Shown here one piece after another: positions 9,430 through 19,049 of a DNA stretch of 64,000 nucleotides. Under the pieces are notes generated by a model, which was not told the DNA's origin, did not search any database, and saw only the letters and a program-made list of their open reading frames with translations. This stretch comes from a virus: positions 64,001-128,000 of IMG/VR virus record IMGVR_UViG_3300045988_143931; one strand, 5' to 3'. The stretch's first letter is position 1; every line of letters begins with the position of its first letter. The position numbers and the translations under genes were made by a program.

Positions 9430-9747
9430 TTACACATACTGTACATACCATCCACAGGGAAGTTGCCATACAGAACCATGTTCATCATCTTCTAATTCTT
9501 TTTTCAGTTCTTCTTCTGTAAGACCGTCACTCTGATCCTTTTCGCTTTCTACAAGGTCTTCCCATGTTTGATATGTATAAAAGCAATCATCATACATATT
9601 TATGTAATCATCTGCTGTCTGTAATTCTTTTCGGGATATTTTGTTGAATAACTCCATTAACTCTTTGACTGCTTGTAAGTTATTCCAGTACACACAATTT
9701 GAAATTCCTTCAGCTACTTTTTTAATTGCTTCATCTGTAATTAACAT
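9430..9747 (-). CDS. hypothetical acidic protein
   Basis: Track ORF; AAGGAG RBS. Confidence 0.6.
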   Translation of the reverse strand: MLITDEAIKKVAEGISNCVYWNNLQAVKELMELFNKISRKELQTADDYINMYDDCFYTYQTWEDLVESEKDQSDGLTEEELKKELEDDEHGSVWQLPCGWYVQYV

Positions 9748-9760
9748 ATCTCATCACTCC

Positions 9761-10141
9761 TTAATCTACTTGAATAATTAATCTAATCTGTTTACCACCA
9801 GCACAGTCAATGATAATTCCATTGTCTACTGTTACTAAGCTATCTTTGAATACTCTAACTCTTTCAATATCAGGAGCATCACCTGTTTCCATTTTACTCG
9901 TCAAGAAATCAAATAACTCTTCCTCAACTGATTCCTTTGTAACTTCTTTTACAATCTCAAATCCATTGTGGCAAAAACCAGTCTCATCAGACAACCAATC
10001 AGAAATTTCTTCGGTTGTATACTCTCTATCTGCACTATAATATTCTGCCAATTCATCAGGAATAATCATTTCAGTTGGCAAATCCTGCAATACTTTTTCG
10101 TCTCCGTCTGTGTCCCATTTAATATTTATTGCTTTTAACAT
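9761..10141 (-). CDS. hypothetical acidic protein
   Basis: Track ORF. Confidence 0.55.
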   Translation of the reverse strand: MLKAINIKWDTDGDEKVLQDLPTEMIIPDELAEYYSADREYTTEEISDWLSDETGFCHNGFEIVKEVTKESVEEELFDFLTSKMETGDAPDIERVRVFKDSLVTVDNGIIIDCAGGKQIRLIIQVD

Positions 10142-10147
10142 AACTCA

Positions 10148-10492
10148 TCAACCGTCCTTTCTCTCATATAAACATATCTCTTCTGGATATGCAGCCATTT
10201 TATCTCCGTTCTCAAACTGAATGTGCCACATTGGTAAGCATTCAAGATCTGCTCCATTTTCTTTATCTTCCGTAATTTCTTTTACTCTGCCAATCACAGT
10301 AAATTTCATACCCAGATACTTCTTTTCTCCCGTATATGAAGTACCAAAAGTATCTGCAAATCCAATATGTTCATATAATTCGAAACAATCATTTACAAAA
10401 TTTCTTTCTTCACTTTCCGTCAAATCATCCCTTGTTATATATGGATTATCAAATCCATATGCTTTATGTAATTCTTTAAAATTTTTATACAT
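10148..10492 (-). CDS. hypothetical protein
   Basis: Track ORF; start moved to MYKNFKEL (GGAGG 8 nt upstream). Confidence 0.6.
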   Translation of the reverse strand: MYKNFKELHKAYGFDNPYITRDDLTESEERNFVNDCFELYEHIGFADTFGTSYTGEKKYLGMKFTVIGRVKEITEDKENGADLECLPMWHIQFENGDKMAAYPEEICLYERKDG

Positions 10493-10533
10493 ATCCAATT
10501 CCTCCAATCTTAAAATGAAATTGCTATTTCTTA

Positions 10534-10716
10534 TTACAAATCATAATCGTAGTCTTCATAATTACAGTTACTTTCTGCACAAAACTCAACTGAAATCCCT
10601 GCGCCAAACTTTGCAATTAAAAGCCCTCCACATTTTGGACACCGATTGTTATTTTCTCTAATATCTTCCACAAATTTTTCATTTCTTCCAAGTTTAATAT
10701 CTTTTCTTGTTTTCAT
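10534..10716 (-). CDS. zinc-ribbon protein
   Basis: RCPKCGG ... CAESNC; AAGGAG RBS. Confidence 0.55.
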   Translation of the reverse strand: MKTRKDIKLGRNEKFVEDIRENNNRCPKCGGLLIAKFGAGISVEFCAESNCNYEDYDYDL

Positions 10717-10721
10717 TTCCA

Positions 10722-10970
10722 TCACTCCTTTATCATCATGTTTCTAAAGTATGCAAATACCATTATCATCGCTTTATATTTCCGTGGATGCTTCATAATA
10801 TCCTCAATTTCTTTCTCAAGACCTGCTGTATCTATATCTAATTCGCTTTTTGTAAGAAAGAATCCATTCAATCCACGAAGTTCCTCATTGCCATAAGTTT
10901 CCTTAATTTCTCTTCTTATCATTTTTGCTGTGTCTGTCGCAGCTTGCTCCAATAATTTTTGATCTACCAT
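10722..10970 (-). CDS. hypothetical protein
   Basis: Track ORF; GGAGTG RBS before the ATG at 10970. Confidence 0.55.
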   Translation of the reverse strand: MVDQKLLEQAATDTAKMIRREIKETYGNEELRGLNGFFLTKSELDIDTAGLEKEIEDIMKHPRKYKAMIMVFAYFRNMMIKE

Positions 10971-10971
10971 A

Positions 10972-11271
10972 TTAATCACTCCAATCTTCTAATAACTCAT
11001 ATACTTCATCCTTGTTGTCATACATGTACTGATTAAAAGCTTTATAATCTCCATCTTTATCAGGAAATTCTTCTACAAACTGTTCGTACATTGTATCTGA
11101 TATAATATTTTCATCGAACAACTTGCCTTTGTATTCAAGTTCTGCGTCTGCCCATTCTCCATGTGAAATATATCCAATATCTTCAATTCCGCAATAGTTT
11201 AGGTATTCTTTCATCGGGAAGCTTGCAATTCCGTTTTTAACTACAAAATCTCTCGTTATTGTGCTTGTCAT
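10972..11271 (-). CDS. hypothetical acidic protein
   Basis: Track ORF; GAGGTG RBS. Confidence 0.6.
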   Translation of the reverse strand: MTSTITRDFVVKNGIASFPMKEYLNYCGIEDIGYISHGEWADAELEYKGKLFDENIISDTMYEQFVEEFPDKDGDYKAFNQYMYDNKDEVYELLEDWSD

Positions 11272-11392
11272 CTTCTCACCTCTTCAATTTAGATAAATAC
11301 AAAAACATTACTGTTCCTTTCCATTTTGTGTTATAATACTAATATAGGAGTGAGGACTTACACGGCTGCGTCACCAGCCGATGCCTCTTGTG

Positions 11393-11497
11393 TTAGTAAT
11401 TCTCTTCTATGTATTCCCATGCTTCTTCCTCAGTTGGAAAAGCATTTGTACAACCTGGTACATAGAAGTCGCCGTACATTTTGTAAGGTTTAATCAC
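11393..11497 (-). CDS. hypothetical mini-protein (34 aa)
   Basis: Hand-called: GAGGAGG 7 nt before the GTG at 11497 (MIKPYKMYGDFYVPGC...). Confidence 0.4.
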   Translation of the reverse strand: MIKPYKMYGDFYVPGCTNAFPTEEEAWEYIEENY

Positions 11498-11523
11498 TCT
11501 AACACCTCCTCATATGTATTTAT

Positions 11524-11556
11524 AGAAAAAGCAGAGATAATTAAATCTCTGCTTTA
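11524..11556 (-). terminator. intrinsic terminator
   Basis: Perfect 8-bp stem GCAGAGAT/ATCTCTGC (11531-11538/11545-11552) plus a U-run on the minus strand. Confidence 0.65.
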
Positions 11557-11633
11557 ACTATCACTATTAAGTTATTCTCCACTGTCTCTTAACTGACCGC
11601 CACCATAACTGATAATATATTTAAACATCTTAA

Positions 11634-11828
11634 TCACTCTCCTTTACAATTTTTCAAATAATCAGCTTTATTTTTTCTATATTCTGCTTCAATTTCGTCC
11701 AATCTTTTCTGTTCTTCATCGCACTCTTCTTGTGATTCAAATACATCATAGTAATGTGTATCTCCATCCCAACGATATCGCACAATTTTATCTTTCTCTT
11801 TATCCGTTAATTGATATACTCTGTACAT
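11634..11828 (-). CDS. hypothetical protein
   Basis: Track ORF; start moved to MYRVYQL. Confidence 0.55.
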   Translation of the reverse strand: MYRVYQLTDKEKDKIVRYRWDGDTHYYDVFESQEECDEEQKRLDEIEAEYRKNKADYLKNCKGE

Positions 11829-11833
11829 TTCTA

Positions 11834-12007
11834 TCACTCTCTCTTCAAATTAGGGCACAATCCAAGACCACCATCAATTTCAGGTACTCTTCTAAATGCT
11901 CCTCTGTGTGGACATTCTTCTCTTTCACACTCTGGGCAATAACATTTCTGATACTCTTCATAACTCATTTTCCAATTTGTTTCTGCAAACCTTTCTCTTG
12001 TCATCAT
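11834..12007 (-). CDS. hypothetical Cys-rich protein
   Basis: CYCPECEREECPH motif; AAGGAGAG RBS. Confidence 0.55.
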   Translation of the reverse strand: MMTRERFAETNWKMSYEEYQKCYCPECEREECPHRGAFRRVPEIDGGLGLCPNLKRE

Positions 12008-12012
12008 ATTAA

Positions 12013-12339
12013 TCACTCTCCTTTTAATACTTTCTGTACTTTTTCATTAAATTCCCCATACATTGATTTCCATTCCTTAATAATCTCTTCTGTTGGTTCA
12101 CCAATAAGATTGTATCTTTCCTGTCTGTAATGCTCTGGGGTATCAGTATGAACTTCTTCTACATATACCGCATTTCCCATTTTACTTGCATCACATCCAA
12201 ACCCACTTAATGCAAGCACAATCTGATACTTTGCCTCTCTAAATTCTGGCTTGAAAAACTTGCTATCAATTACTACAAGTTTTCCTTCAATGTGATCGCT
12301 TAATGGTCTACATTCACTTTTATCAATTATTGTTTTCAT
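12013..12339 (-). CDS. hypothetical protein
   Basis: Track ORF. Confidence 0.6.
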   Translation of the reverse strand: MKTIIDKSECRPLSDHIEGKLVVIDSKFFKPEFREAKYQIVLALSGFGCDASKMGNAVYVEEVHTDTPEHYRQERYNLIGEPTEEIIKEWKSMYGEFNEKVQKVLKGE

Positions 12340-12382
12340 ATTTATTTACCTTCCTTTCTGATTAAACGGTTCTTTCATTGCC

Positions 12383-13453
12383 TTATGCTACTGACTTCAT
12401 ATCATCATATAATGTTTCGCTTATGCCAAAATCAGAAGCAATTTCCTGGACAAGCTCATCGCCCCATTTGTCACTAAAATATCCCCAACATGAATCTTTT
12501 TCTTCCCAGTCATCAGTGTCTGTATCATATTCTTCTGTGATAATTCCATACACTTCGTCTTGAAGATACATATTGTACAATTCAATCTCTCCTTTAAGAT
12601 TTTCTATTGCAGCTTCTCTCCAATTTTCTTCCGTTACATCAACAAGATTTCCATTTTTGTCTTTGTACCTTGCACCCCAATTGATAAGTGTTTCTTTTAC
12701 ATTTTCTTTTGTTGTATAAATCCAACCTGCTTGACCAGAATCCCATCTATCACCAAATTCAGATACGCTTATTGAAGTTCCACTATGCTCAAATACAAAT
12801 ACTGGAAGAATTACAACGTCTGATTCTTTTAACATTTTCATTGCTTCTTTGTACATTCCTGCACTTGCATAGAAGATATCCCCGTCAAGCAATCCTTCTC
12901 TTAACTCTCCATTAATATAATCCTTGCACTGTTCTTTAGTTCCCTTATACTGAAACCATCCAATATCATTTGCTACTTTGTATTCTTTGGAAAGTCGTAA
13001 GTTTTTCTCGAACTCATCTTCTCGATTTCTCTTATATACATTAGCCATGTTTATGTATCTGGCTGCATCATCTGACAGTTCAAGCTCATTTGCTTTCTCA
13101 GCCATAGCATTATATTTTAAGACTGTACTTCTAATATCCTTTTCATACTCTGCTTTATTTGGTTTTTCTACAGCAGGTGATTCAATCGAAACAATTTCCA
13201 TACGCTTATTAACAAGTGATTCAATCTGTTCTTCTGTTAAATGTTCCATACAAAGTTCTTTAAAGAAATCCTCTGCATCATCCCATTTATTATGTTTATC
13301 TCCAAGATAACCCCAATTATTTCCCCAACATACGATTTTTCCTATATTGCAATCAAAATCTACTCGTGGATTAAGTGGATCATTGTCCTGTTCAATATGT
13401 AGTCTCATAAGCTTTCCGTTATCTTTATAGTATCTGTATTCTTTATCTGCCAT
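12383..13453 (-). CDS. hypothetical protein (356 aa)
   Basis: Largest ORF of the early arm; GGAGG 9 nt before the ATG at 13453. I could not place it in a family. Confidence 0.7.
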   Translation of the reverse strand: MADKEYRYYKDNGKLMRLHIEQDNDPLNPRVDFDCNIGKIVCWGNNWGYLGDKHNKWDDAEDFFKELCMEHLTEEQIESLVNKRMEIVSIESPAVEKPNKAEYEKDIRSTVLKYNAMAEKANELELSDDAARYINMANVYKRNREDEFEKNLRLSKEYKVANDIGWFQYKGTKEQCKDYINGELREGLLDGDIFYASAGMYKEAMKMLKESDVVILPVFVFEHSGTSISVSEFGDRWDSGQAGWIYTTKENVKETLINWGARYKDKNGNLVDVTEENWREAAIENLKGEIELYNMYLQDEVYGIITEEYDTDTDDWEEKDSCWGYFSDKWGDELVQEIASDFGISETLYDDMKSVA

Positions 13454-13470
13454 ATCAATCAACCTCCGTT

Positions 13471-13908
13471 CTATACTTCATAATCACTTACTGGCTCTGT
13501 GTAACCACTGTCAATTTTAATTTCCGTTGAATCATACTCATCATATACACTATTTCGTGTACCTCTTGTATGTATAATCTTTGCAAGCTGCATAATCACA
13601 TATCTGCGTTCGCAGCCATGTTCATCATAAACTTTATGTGGGTAATACAATGCTCTGCCAATACAAGTTGTAAAATTATCAAAGTCTTTTCCGTAGAACT
13701 GCTCACAACTACTTACATGCACATACCGTAATGCATGATTTCTGATGTATTGTTTTTCATTATCTGTCAATTCATCTGCATTATCTAACAATGAAAAATC
13801 AAACAAGATATTTCTCTTACCAGTTTCAACTGAATCGACATATTCCAAGTTATTTTCTTTTGCTGTCTTTTTAGCTGTCTTGTATAATTTATACTCTTTA
13901 ATCTTCAT
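13471..13908 (-). CDS. hypothetical protein
   Basis: Track ORF; AGGAGG RBS. Confidence 0.6.
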   Translation of the reverse strand: MKIKEYKLYKTAKKTAKENNLEYVDSVETGKRNILFDFSLLDNADELTDNEKQYIRNHALRYVHVSSCEQFYGKDFDNFTTCIGRALYYPHKVYDEHGCERRYVIMQLAKIIHTRGTRNSVYDEYDSTEIKIDSGYTEPVSDYEV

Positions 13909-13922
13909 TTTTCACTTACCTC

Positions 13923-14096
13923 CTATACGGTCTGACATATCAACATTTTTTCATTGTAAATTGAATCAATAACCTCATAGTTCTTCACTTTTTTATTAAA
14001 TGGTGTTTTGTCATACTGTCTTATATCTCCAACATGACCATCAACACATATTTTGTTGATTCGTTCACTTTTTGCTACTTCCATTACAGTTTTCAT
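13923..14096 (-). CDS. hypothetical small protein (57 aa)
   Basis: Hand-called: AGGAGG 10 nt before the ATG at 14096, TAG at 13923-13925. Fills the track gap. Confidence 0.4.
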   Translation of the reverse strand: MKTVMEVAKSERINKICVDGHVGDIRQYDKTPFNKKVKNYEVIDSIYNEKMLICQTV

Positions 14097-14117
14097 TTTT
14101 CATAAACCTCCTACAAT

Positions 14118-14312
14118 TCAAATTTTTCCGACATAATATCTACATTTTCCATATTTCTCATCCTCAATCCAATCACCATTAGCGAAAATCTGTTTCAAGC
14201 ATTCGTTTGCTTCGTATTCTGTATCAAATATAAAAGCACTATCTTCCTCATTTTCCATACAATGACTTAGATAATCTGGAAGTCCATAATATTTTCTATA
14301 TATTGTGTACAT
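14118..14312 (-). CDS. hypothetical protein
   Basis: Track ORF trimmed to MYTIYRKYYG (AAGGAG RBS). Confidence 0.55.
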   Translation of the reverse strand: MYTIYRKYYGLPDYLSHCMENEEDSAFIFDTEYEANECLKQIFANGDWIEDEKYGKCRYYVGKI

Positions 14313-14334
14313 GTATATTTCGCTCCTTCCATTA

Positions 14335-14375
14335 CAAAAGGCAGACACAATTATTTGCATCTGCCTTTATTTATT
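14335..14375. terminator. bidirectional hairpin terminator
   Basis: Stem AAGGCAGA/TCTGCCTT (14338-14345/14360-14367) flanked by an A-run and a T-run. Confidence 0.5.
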
Positions 14376-14386
14376 CTCTGTTTGAT

Positions 14387-14638
14387 TTACACTTCGATTA
14401 CTTCCCAAGTCCATTCATACTCTCCATCACAAGAAGAAAGATAAGCAGTTCCATCATCGCTTATTGTAAAATCAATCTGTTCCTTTCCTTCTTCGTCAGA
14501 ATTATTCATTTCTTCCTCGTAAGTATTCTGTGCATCCTTTTCGAGAAATGCATAAGCATCATCCTCATTATCGAATGCATCATGACTTGCAATTTCTTTA
14601 TTATGAACCGAATAACAAATTACTACATATTTTTTCAT
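14387..14638 (-). CDS. hypothetical acidic protein
   Basis: Track ORF. Confidence 0.6.
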   Translation of the reverse strand: MKKYVVICYSVHNKEIASHDAFDNEDDAYAFLEKDAQNTYEEEMNNSDEEGKEQIDFTISDDGTAYLSSCDGEYEWTWEVIEV

Positions 14639-14676
14639 AATTACTACCTTTGCCTTTCTATTTATATATTTCTTGT

Positions 14677-14838
14677 TTACTCGTTAACTTTCTTTACTTC
14701 AAGGATTTCATACTCAACATCTCCATTATCAAGTCCATAAATTCTTTTACACTCTTCAACGGATGATACTGTGCAACTTTGCGTTCTCCATTCCCAATTA
14801 CTCATTGCGTCTTTGTATCTGAATGTTATATTAAGCAT
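14677..14838 (-). CDS. hypothetical small protein
   Basis: Track ORF trimmed to MLNITFRY (AAAGGAGG 9 nt upstream). Its ATG overlaps the stop of the upstream gene (ATGCTTAA). Confidence 0.5.
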   Translation of the reverse strand: MLNITFRYKDAMSNWEWRTQSCTVSSVEECKRIYGLDNGDVEYEILEVKKVNE

Positions 14839-15343
14839 CTGCATTTTCCTCCTTTGGTGTAATAAGCTTTGTAATTCTATCTTTATGGAATCTACAATAA
14901 TCATCAATACTGCCATTTCCATATACCCAAAACCACTGTTCTTCATAATCCCAAAACACCATCACTTCATGTCCACATGTTACATTACTGAAAACATATT
15001 CTTTTCTTTTTCCATCTGTCGAATTGAAACAATCGTTGATGCTATTTTCGGTTGCTCCATTTTTGGTTGCCTTGAGGTATAAATATCTTTTAAGATTTTC
15101 CAAATCCTTTTCAGTGTCTACATTAAAAATCTCTACTGTGTCATCATATGAGAAATTATCATTAATTTCGCTTTGTGATATAGTTCCGTTGGTCAACCTT
15201 TTCAATTCCTTACTAATTGCAAACAATGCAGATTCCTCATATTTCTTACATTCTTCTTCAGTTCTAAATACCGTACCATCCTCTGCTACATACTCTGTTC
15301 TTACCACTACTTCTCTTGTTTCTTTTACTTCGTTTGTTCTCAT
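14831..15343 (-). CDS. hypothetical protein
   Basis: Track ORF, 170 aa. Confidence 0.6.
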   Translation of the reverse strand: MRTNEVKETREVVVRTEYVAEDGTVFRTEEECKKYEESALFAISKELKRLTNGTISQSEINDNFSYDDTVEIFNVDTEKDLENLKRYLYLKATKNGATENSINDCFNSTDGKRKEYVFSNVTCGHEVMVFWDYEEQWFWVYGNGSIDDYCRFHKDRITKLITPKEENADA

Positions 15344-15364
15344 AATATTTACCTTTTACCTTTC

Positions 15365-15511
15365 TCAGTCTTTGATTTCTATAATTCCATTATCTTCAAG
15401 AATTGTCTTTACCATTTCAAATTGCATATCTCTATCTTCTGTATTTTCAACTGCATCTACAATAGATTCAATTAGCAACTCCATACTTTCACTTGTTAAT
15501 CTAAATTCCAT
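15365..15511 (-). CDS. hypothetical small acidic protein (48 aa)
   Basis: Hand-called ATG at 15511, TGA at 15365-15367; weak RBS. Confidence 0.35.
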   Translation of the reverse strand: MEFRLTSESMELLIESIVDAVENTEDRDMQFEMVKTILEDNGIIEIKD

Positions 15512-15552
15512 TTCAATCACACTCTTTCTAAGTAAATTACAATTTCCTTTGA

Positions 15553-15876
15553 CTACATTTCTTCATTATTATATGTATAATCAAAATCTCCATATTTTAA
15601 TTCAGACTTAATAATATCCCTTGTTTCGGTTTCCCAATCCTCTCTGAATAGTTTTGCTTGTTGTTTCGGAGTATTCTCTTTTTCTTTACATATAATATGT
15701 TCTCCATCCCAATCATGATAAGTAGTAACTGGTTTATATTCCATGTTACCTTCTTCAATTTCCTTTGAGATTTTCATTTTTAACTTTTGTTGTGATGTTC
15801 CAATGAAAAGAAGTCGCATACTAGAATACTCTTTCCATTCATTACAGCTATGTAAATAATATATTTGCTGTGCCAT
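15553..15876 (-). CDS. hypothetical protein
   Basis: Track ORF; GAGGTAGG RBS. Confidence 0.6.
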   Translation of the reverse strand: MAQQIYYLHSCNEWKEYSSMRLLFIGTSQQKLKMKISKEIEEGNMEYKPVTTYHDWDGEHIICKEKENTPKQQAKLFREDWETETRDIIKSELKYGDFDYTYNNEEM

Positions 15877-15905
15877 TTATATCACCTACCTCTACTTTCG
15901 TTAAT

Positions 15906-16250
15906 TTACCATTCAGGTTCAGTATCAATCAAACCTAAATAAAACTCATCCTTTTTAGTGTTCCAAAAATACTCACGCAAATCAGTTAATGTCTTATCCC
16001 CGTTTTTTAATGCCTCATAATCTGATAATACATTTTCGTCTGTATAATTTCTGTATTTATTCTGAGCAATACTAAGTCTGAACGTTTCTCCCTTTCTTAT
16101 CCATCCCCATTTATTTGTATTCTTAGCGATTGGATAAGCTCCGATTGTATATCCGTGTAAATCAGGATATTCCTTTGTATTTTCATCATGCCAATCTTCA
16201 ATCTGTATTTTAGTTCCGTCTGGCATTACTGCTCTATCAATGACTCGCAT
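15906..16250 (-). CDS. hypothetical protein
   Basis: Track ORF trimmed to MRVIDRAV (GGGGAGG 9 nt upstream). Confidence 0.6.
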   Translation of the reverse strand: MRVIDRAVMPDGTKIQIEDWHDENTKEYPDLHGYTIGAYPIAKNTNKWGWIRKGETFRLSIAQNKYRNYTDENVLSDYEALKNGDKTLTDLREYFWNTKKDEFYLGLIDTEPEW

Positions 16251-17214
16251 AATTCTCAACCTCCCCATGTTTTGGAATTTCAATTCCAGACTTTATTTCT
16301 TCTCTCGCAACAATATATGATGAAGTTTTTCTATCAAGTGTATAATATTTTTCTCTTATTTTATTCTGTTCTTCGCTTGCCTCAAAGAAGTCTTTAGTTG
16401 GATCGTCCCAATACCAAACATAATATGTGTGTACAGTATGAGTAATTTCATCATATTTTCTTTTACATCTCATGATGTCACCATTTATCAGGAATGTATC
16501 TTCTTCTAATTTAAGATGATCAAATTCCGTTGGTGATACATGATGCTGTTTCTCTTTCCAAGTCCACACAATGAACTGATTCTGCCAATGTCCTTTGAAA
16601 ATTTCTGCTCTATATGTTCTCAGATAAGCATATAAATCTGTTTTACTTTTCCATGCACAACCTTCTCCAAAATATACATAAGGTGAATCATCTTTAGGAT
16701 TGAATGATATATACTGTTTATCAAAATCCTTTGTTGTGAACTTATATCCATTTTCACTTACAAAAGGATTTTTACTATCTACATATTCCCATAAATTTAC
16801 TTCCGCTATAAAATCAATAGCACCATCTGCACAGCCTCCACAATTACCCCAATCACAAAATCTCTTTTCAATTTTACCTATATATTTTAGTTCTCTTGTT
16901 GGTAAATGTGTCCACGCTCCACCACTTGTATTACAACTAATTCTGCCTTCGTATTCATGAACAAAAGGTGTATATGGTCGTTCACAGATATAAATTTCAT
17001 TCGCATCTGCTTTTTCAATATGAGCTGCTCCATAGTAATCTCCATATTCATTTGTATATCTAACGCAATCACCTATACTTGGAGTCTTTTCAGACCGTGT
17101 ATTTTCTATAAGTTCAACATACATATTTGCCTTATCTACATCGTAATTCATAAGTATATGCGAACTACAAAATCTTGCGTTAATCTCTCTTAATGTATCT
17201 ATTGTATATTTCAT
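16237..17214 (-). CDS. hypothetical protein (325 aa)
   Basis: Track ORF; start moved to MKYTIDT. Confidence 0.65.
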   Translation of the reverse strand: MKYTIDTLREINARFCSSHILMNYDVDKANMYVELIENTRSEKTPSIGDCVRYTNEYGDYYGAAHIEKADANEIYICERPYTPFVHEYEGRISCNTSGGAWTHLPTRELKYIGKIEKRFCDWGNCGGCADGAIDFIAEVNLWEYVDSKNPFVSENGYKFTTKDFDKQYISFNPKDDSPYVYFGEGCAWKSKTDLYAYLRTYRAEIFKGHWQNQFIVWTWKEKQHHVSPTEFDHLKLEEDTFLINGDIMRCKRKYDEITHTVHTYYVWYWDDPTKDFFEASEEQNKIREKYYTLDRKTSSYIVAREEIKSGIEIPKHGEVENYASH

Positions 17215-17232
17215 ACTAATCAACCTGCCTTT

Positions 17233-17643
17233 CTAATTTCTCCAACTTCTTGTTACTGTGTCATATAAAGCTCCGTTTGCATCCTGGTATTCATCATCAT
17301 TTGAATATGTGAATACATAACACTTGTGACCATTAATTATTTTCGTTTCTCTTTCTCCATGCAACATTGCATATCTTTCTCTAAAACTTGCACTATCACA
17401 CATTTCTCTCATTTCTTCATCTCGCTTTGGATTTCCACAAGCTGCTTGTACACAGCCATATAACCATCCATTGAGATAATCAATGTTGTAACAATACTGT
17501 CTCCATGAATCTGAATTATCAGTGAATATATAGAAACTTTCTCCGTCATCTCCTCGCTTAATCCGTGGCTTGCCAAAGTTTGCAATAAATGCCATCAGGT
17601 TGTCTTTAATAATTTCCATTTCATTTTTTGTAAAATCATACAT
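17233..17643 (-). CDS. hypothetical protein
   Basis: Track ORF; AAGGAGG RBS. Confidence 0.6.
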   Translation of the reverse strand: MYDFTKNEMEIIKDNLMAFIANFGKPRIKRGDDGESFYIFTDNSDSWRQYCYNIDYLNGWLYGCVQAACGNPKRDEEMREMCDSASFRERYAMLHGERETKIINGHKCYVFTYSNDDEYQDANGALYDTVTRSWRN

Positions 17644-17665
17644 AATTCATTCCTCCTTGTAATGT

Positions 17666-17704
17666 AATAAAATAGGCAGCTAGGTATTTATTCTCCTAAC
17701 TGCC
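17666..17704 (-). terminator. intrinsic terminator
   Basis: 10-bp stem 17675-17684/17695-17704 plus a U-run on the minus strand. Confidence 0.65.
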
Positions 17705-17714
17705 TTTGCGGTTA

Positions 17715-17930
17715 CTATAAATTTATTGCTTTTCCGTTCTCGTCATATTCAATCGGTGCAATGTGAACCGCATAACCGATTTCTTTTTCTTTATCGTAAA
17801 TCTCCATTGTACCACCTGCACAAAATTCAAATGAGAACCGCTTATCATCCGATTCAAGTAATTTAATCAGATGATCCGTGAGTTCATTTAAGTTCTGTGC
17901 GTCCTCTTTTGATTTTTCAATAGTTGTCAT
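17715..17930 (-). CDS. hypothetical protein
   Basis: Track ORF. Confidence 0.55.
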   Translation of the reverse strand: MTTIEKSKEDAQNLNELTDHLIKLLESDDKRFSFEFCAGGTMEIYDKEKEIGYAVHIAPIEYDENGKAINL

Positions 17931-17936
17931 TTCGCT

Positions 17937-18134
17937 TCACTCCTTTTCATAAATCTCTAATTTATGTAACAAATCAAACATTGCTACATATCTACCCTGA
18001 TTCCGTTCTTTGAGTTTATCATTGTCGTTCTGCATTGCATCATCATAATCTTTATTTACTTTTCTAAATTCCTCTGCAATAATTTCAAGAATTTCATCCT
18101 TTGTCTTTTCACATGTATATCTACTCATTTCCAT
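17937..18134 (-). CDS. hypothetical protein
   Basis: Track ORF trimmed to MEMSRYT. Confidence 0.5.
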   Translation of the reverse strand: MEMSRYTCEKTKDEILEIIAEEFRKVNKDYDDAMQNDNDKLKERNQGRYVAMFDLLHKLEIYEKE

Positions 18135-18231
18135 CACTCCGTTCCCTATAATTTTCAAATCCAATTCCACCACTATAATTAATAATCATTTGTATATAAT
18201 ATGGTAAAAATTCCGTTCCTTTTTCAATCAT
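18121..18231 (-). CDS. hypothetical mini-protein (36 aa)
   Basis: Hand-called: AAGGAG RBS, ATG at 18231. Confidence 0.3.
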   Translation of the reverse strand: MIEKGTEFLPYYIQMIINYSGGIGFENYRERSDGNE

Positions 18232-18267
18232 ATGTTCTTTCTCCTTCCATATTATGAAATCTTAGTT

Positions 18268-18513
18268 TCAATGCCATCTATAAATTTCTTTATTTCCATT
18301 TACAGTGTCAGCAACCAATATGTAATCACCTGTTGCGTAATATTCTCCTGTATACATTGTACGAATAGTATCGTTTATGTATTTTCTAAATGAAAAAGAT
18401 TTGGCAAGTACCTTTTTATCAAAGTCCCTTACAACCGCATATGAAAATAAACCTCTCTTTTCCACATGTGCAATACTTATTTCTCCGAATACTCTAATGT
18501 TTGATTTTTTCAT
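18268..18513 (-). CDS. hypothetical protein
   Basis: Track ORF; start moved to the ATG at 18513. Confidence 0.55.
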   Translation of the reverse strand: MKKSNIRVFGEISIAHVEKRGLFSYAVVRDFDKKVLAKSFSFRKYINDTIRTMYTGEYYATGDYILVADTVNGNKEIYRWH

Positions 18514-18549
18514 TTTTGATTTCTCCAATCTTCTAAAGAAATGTGAATT

Positions 18550-18699
18550 TCAGACACTCATTATTCCATCTAAATAATCATTTAAGCCTTCAAAATAATC
18601 TTCGTTTGGCTGTTCCTGATGAACAAATTCCTCTTCGCACTGTTCTTCATAAGCTGTTTTCTGTGTCTCTTTATAAATAATTTCATCAATTCTATTCAT
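18550..18699 (-). CDS. hypothetical small acidic protein (49 aa)
   Basis: Hand-called: GGAGG RBS, ATG at 18699, TGA at 18550-18552. Confidence 0.4.
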   Translation of the reverse strand: MNRIDEIIYKETQKTAYEEQCEEEFVHQEQPNEDYFEGLNDYLDGIMSV

Positions 18700-18733
18700 T
18701 TCTCTTGCCTCCAACTCTAACAAACACACAATT

Positions 18734-19018
18734 TCAGTGTTTCTTTTTTCTGCAAGAATAACATCTGCAAGGTGCTTTCATATTCCTATCAGTAAACCAG
18801 ATTCTTTCATCATCTGTTTGCCAAAAATATTTTCCGCATTCCTTACATTTTTTAACATCCTTTAGATCATTTGCGTTATGCTTTTCTACGGCATTATCTG
18901 CATATGTCTTATTAGCCATCCATGAAACAGTTGAATCGCATGGCATCGTCTGAACTTCTGTCGCAGTATTATCTGCTACAAATTTCTCTCCATTAAAATA
19001 AATCTTATATCCTAACAT
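18734..19018 (-). CDS. zinc-ribbon protein
   Basis: CKECGKYFWQTDDERIWF...PCRCYSCRKKK (CxxC...CxxC ribbon). Start moved to MLGYKIY. Confidence 0.6.
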   Translation of the reverse strand: MLGYKIYFNGEKFVADNTATEVQTMPCDSTVSWMANKTYADNAVEKHNANDLKDVKKCKECGKYFWQTDDERIWFTDRNMKAPCRCYSCRKKKH

Positions 19019-19049
19019 ATTATTTCCTTTCTTCCAATGAAACACGCAT

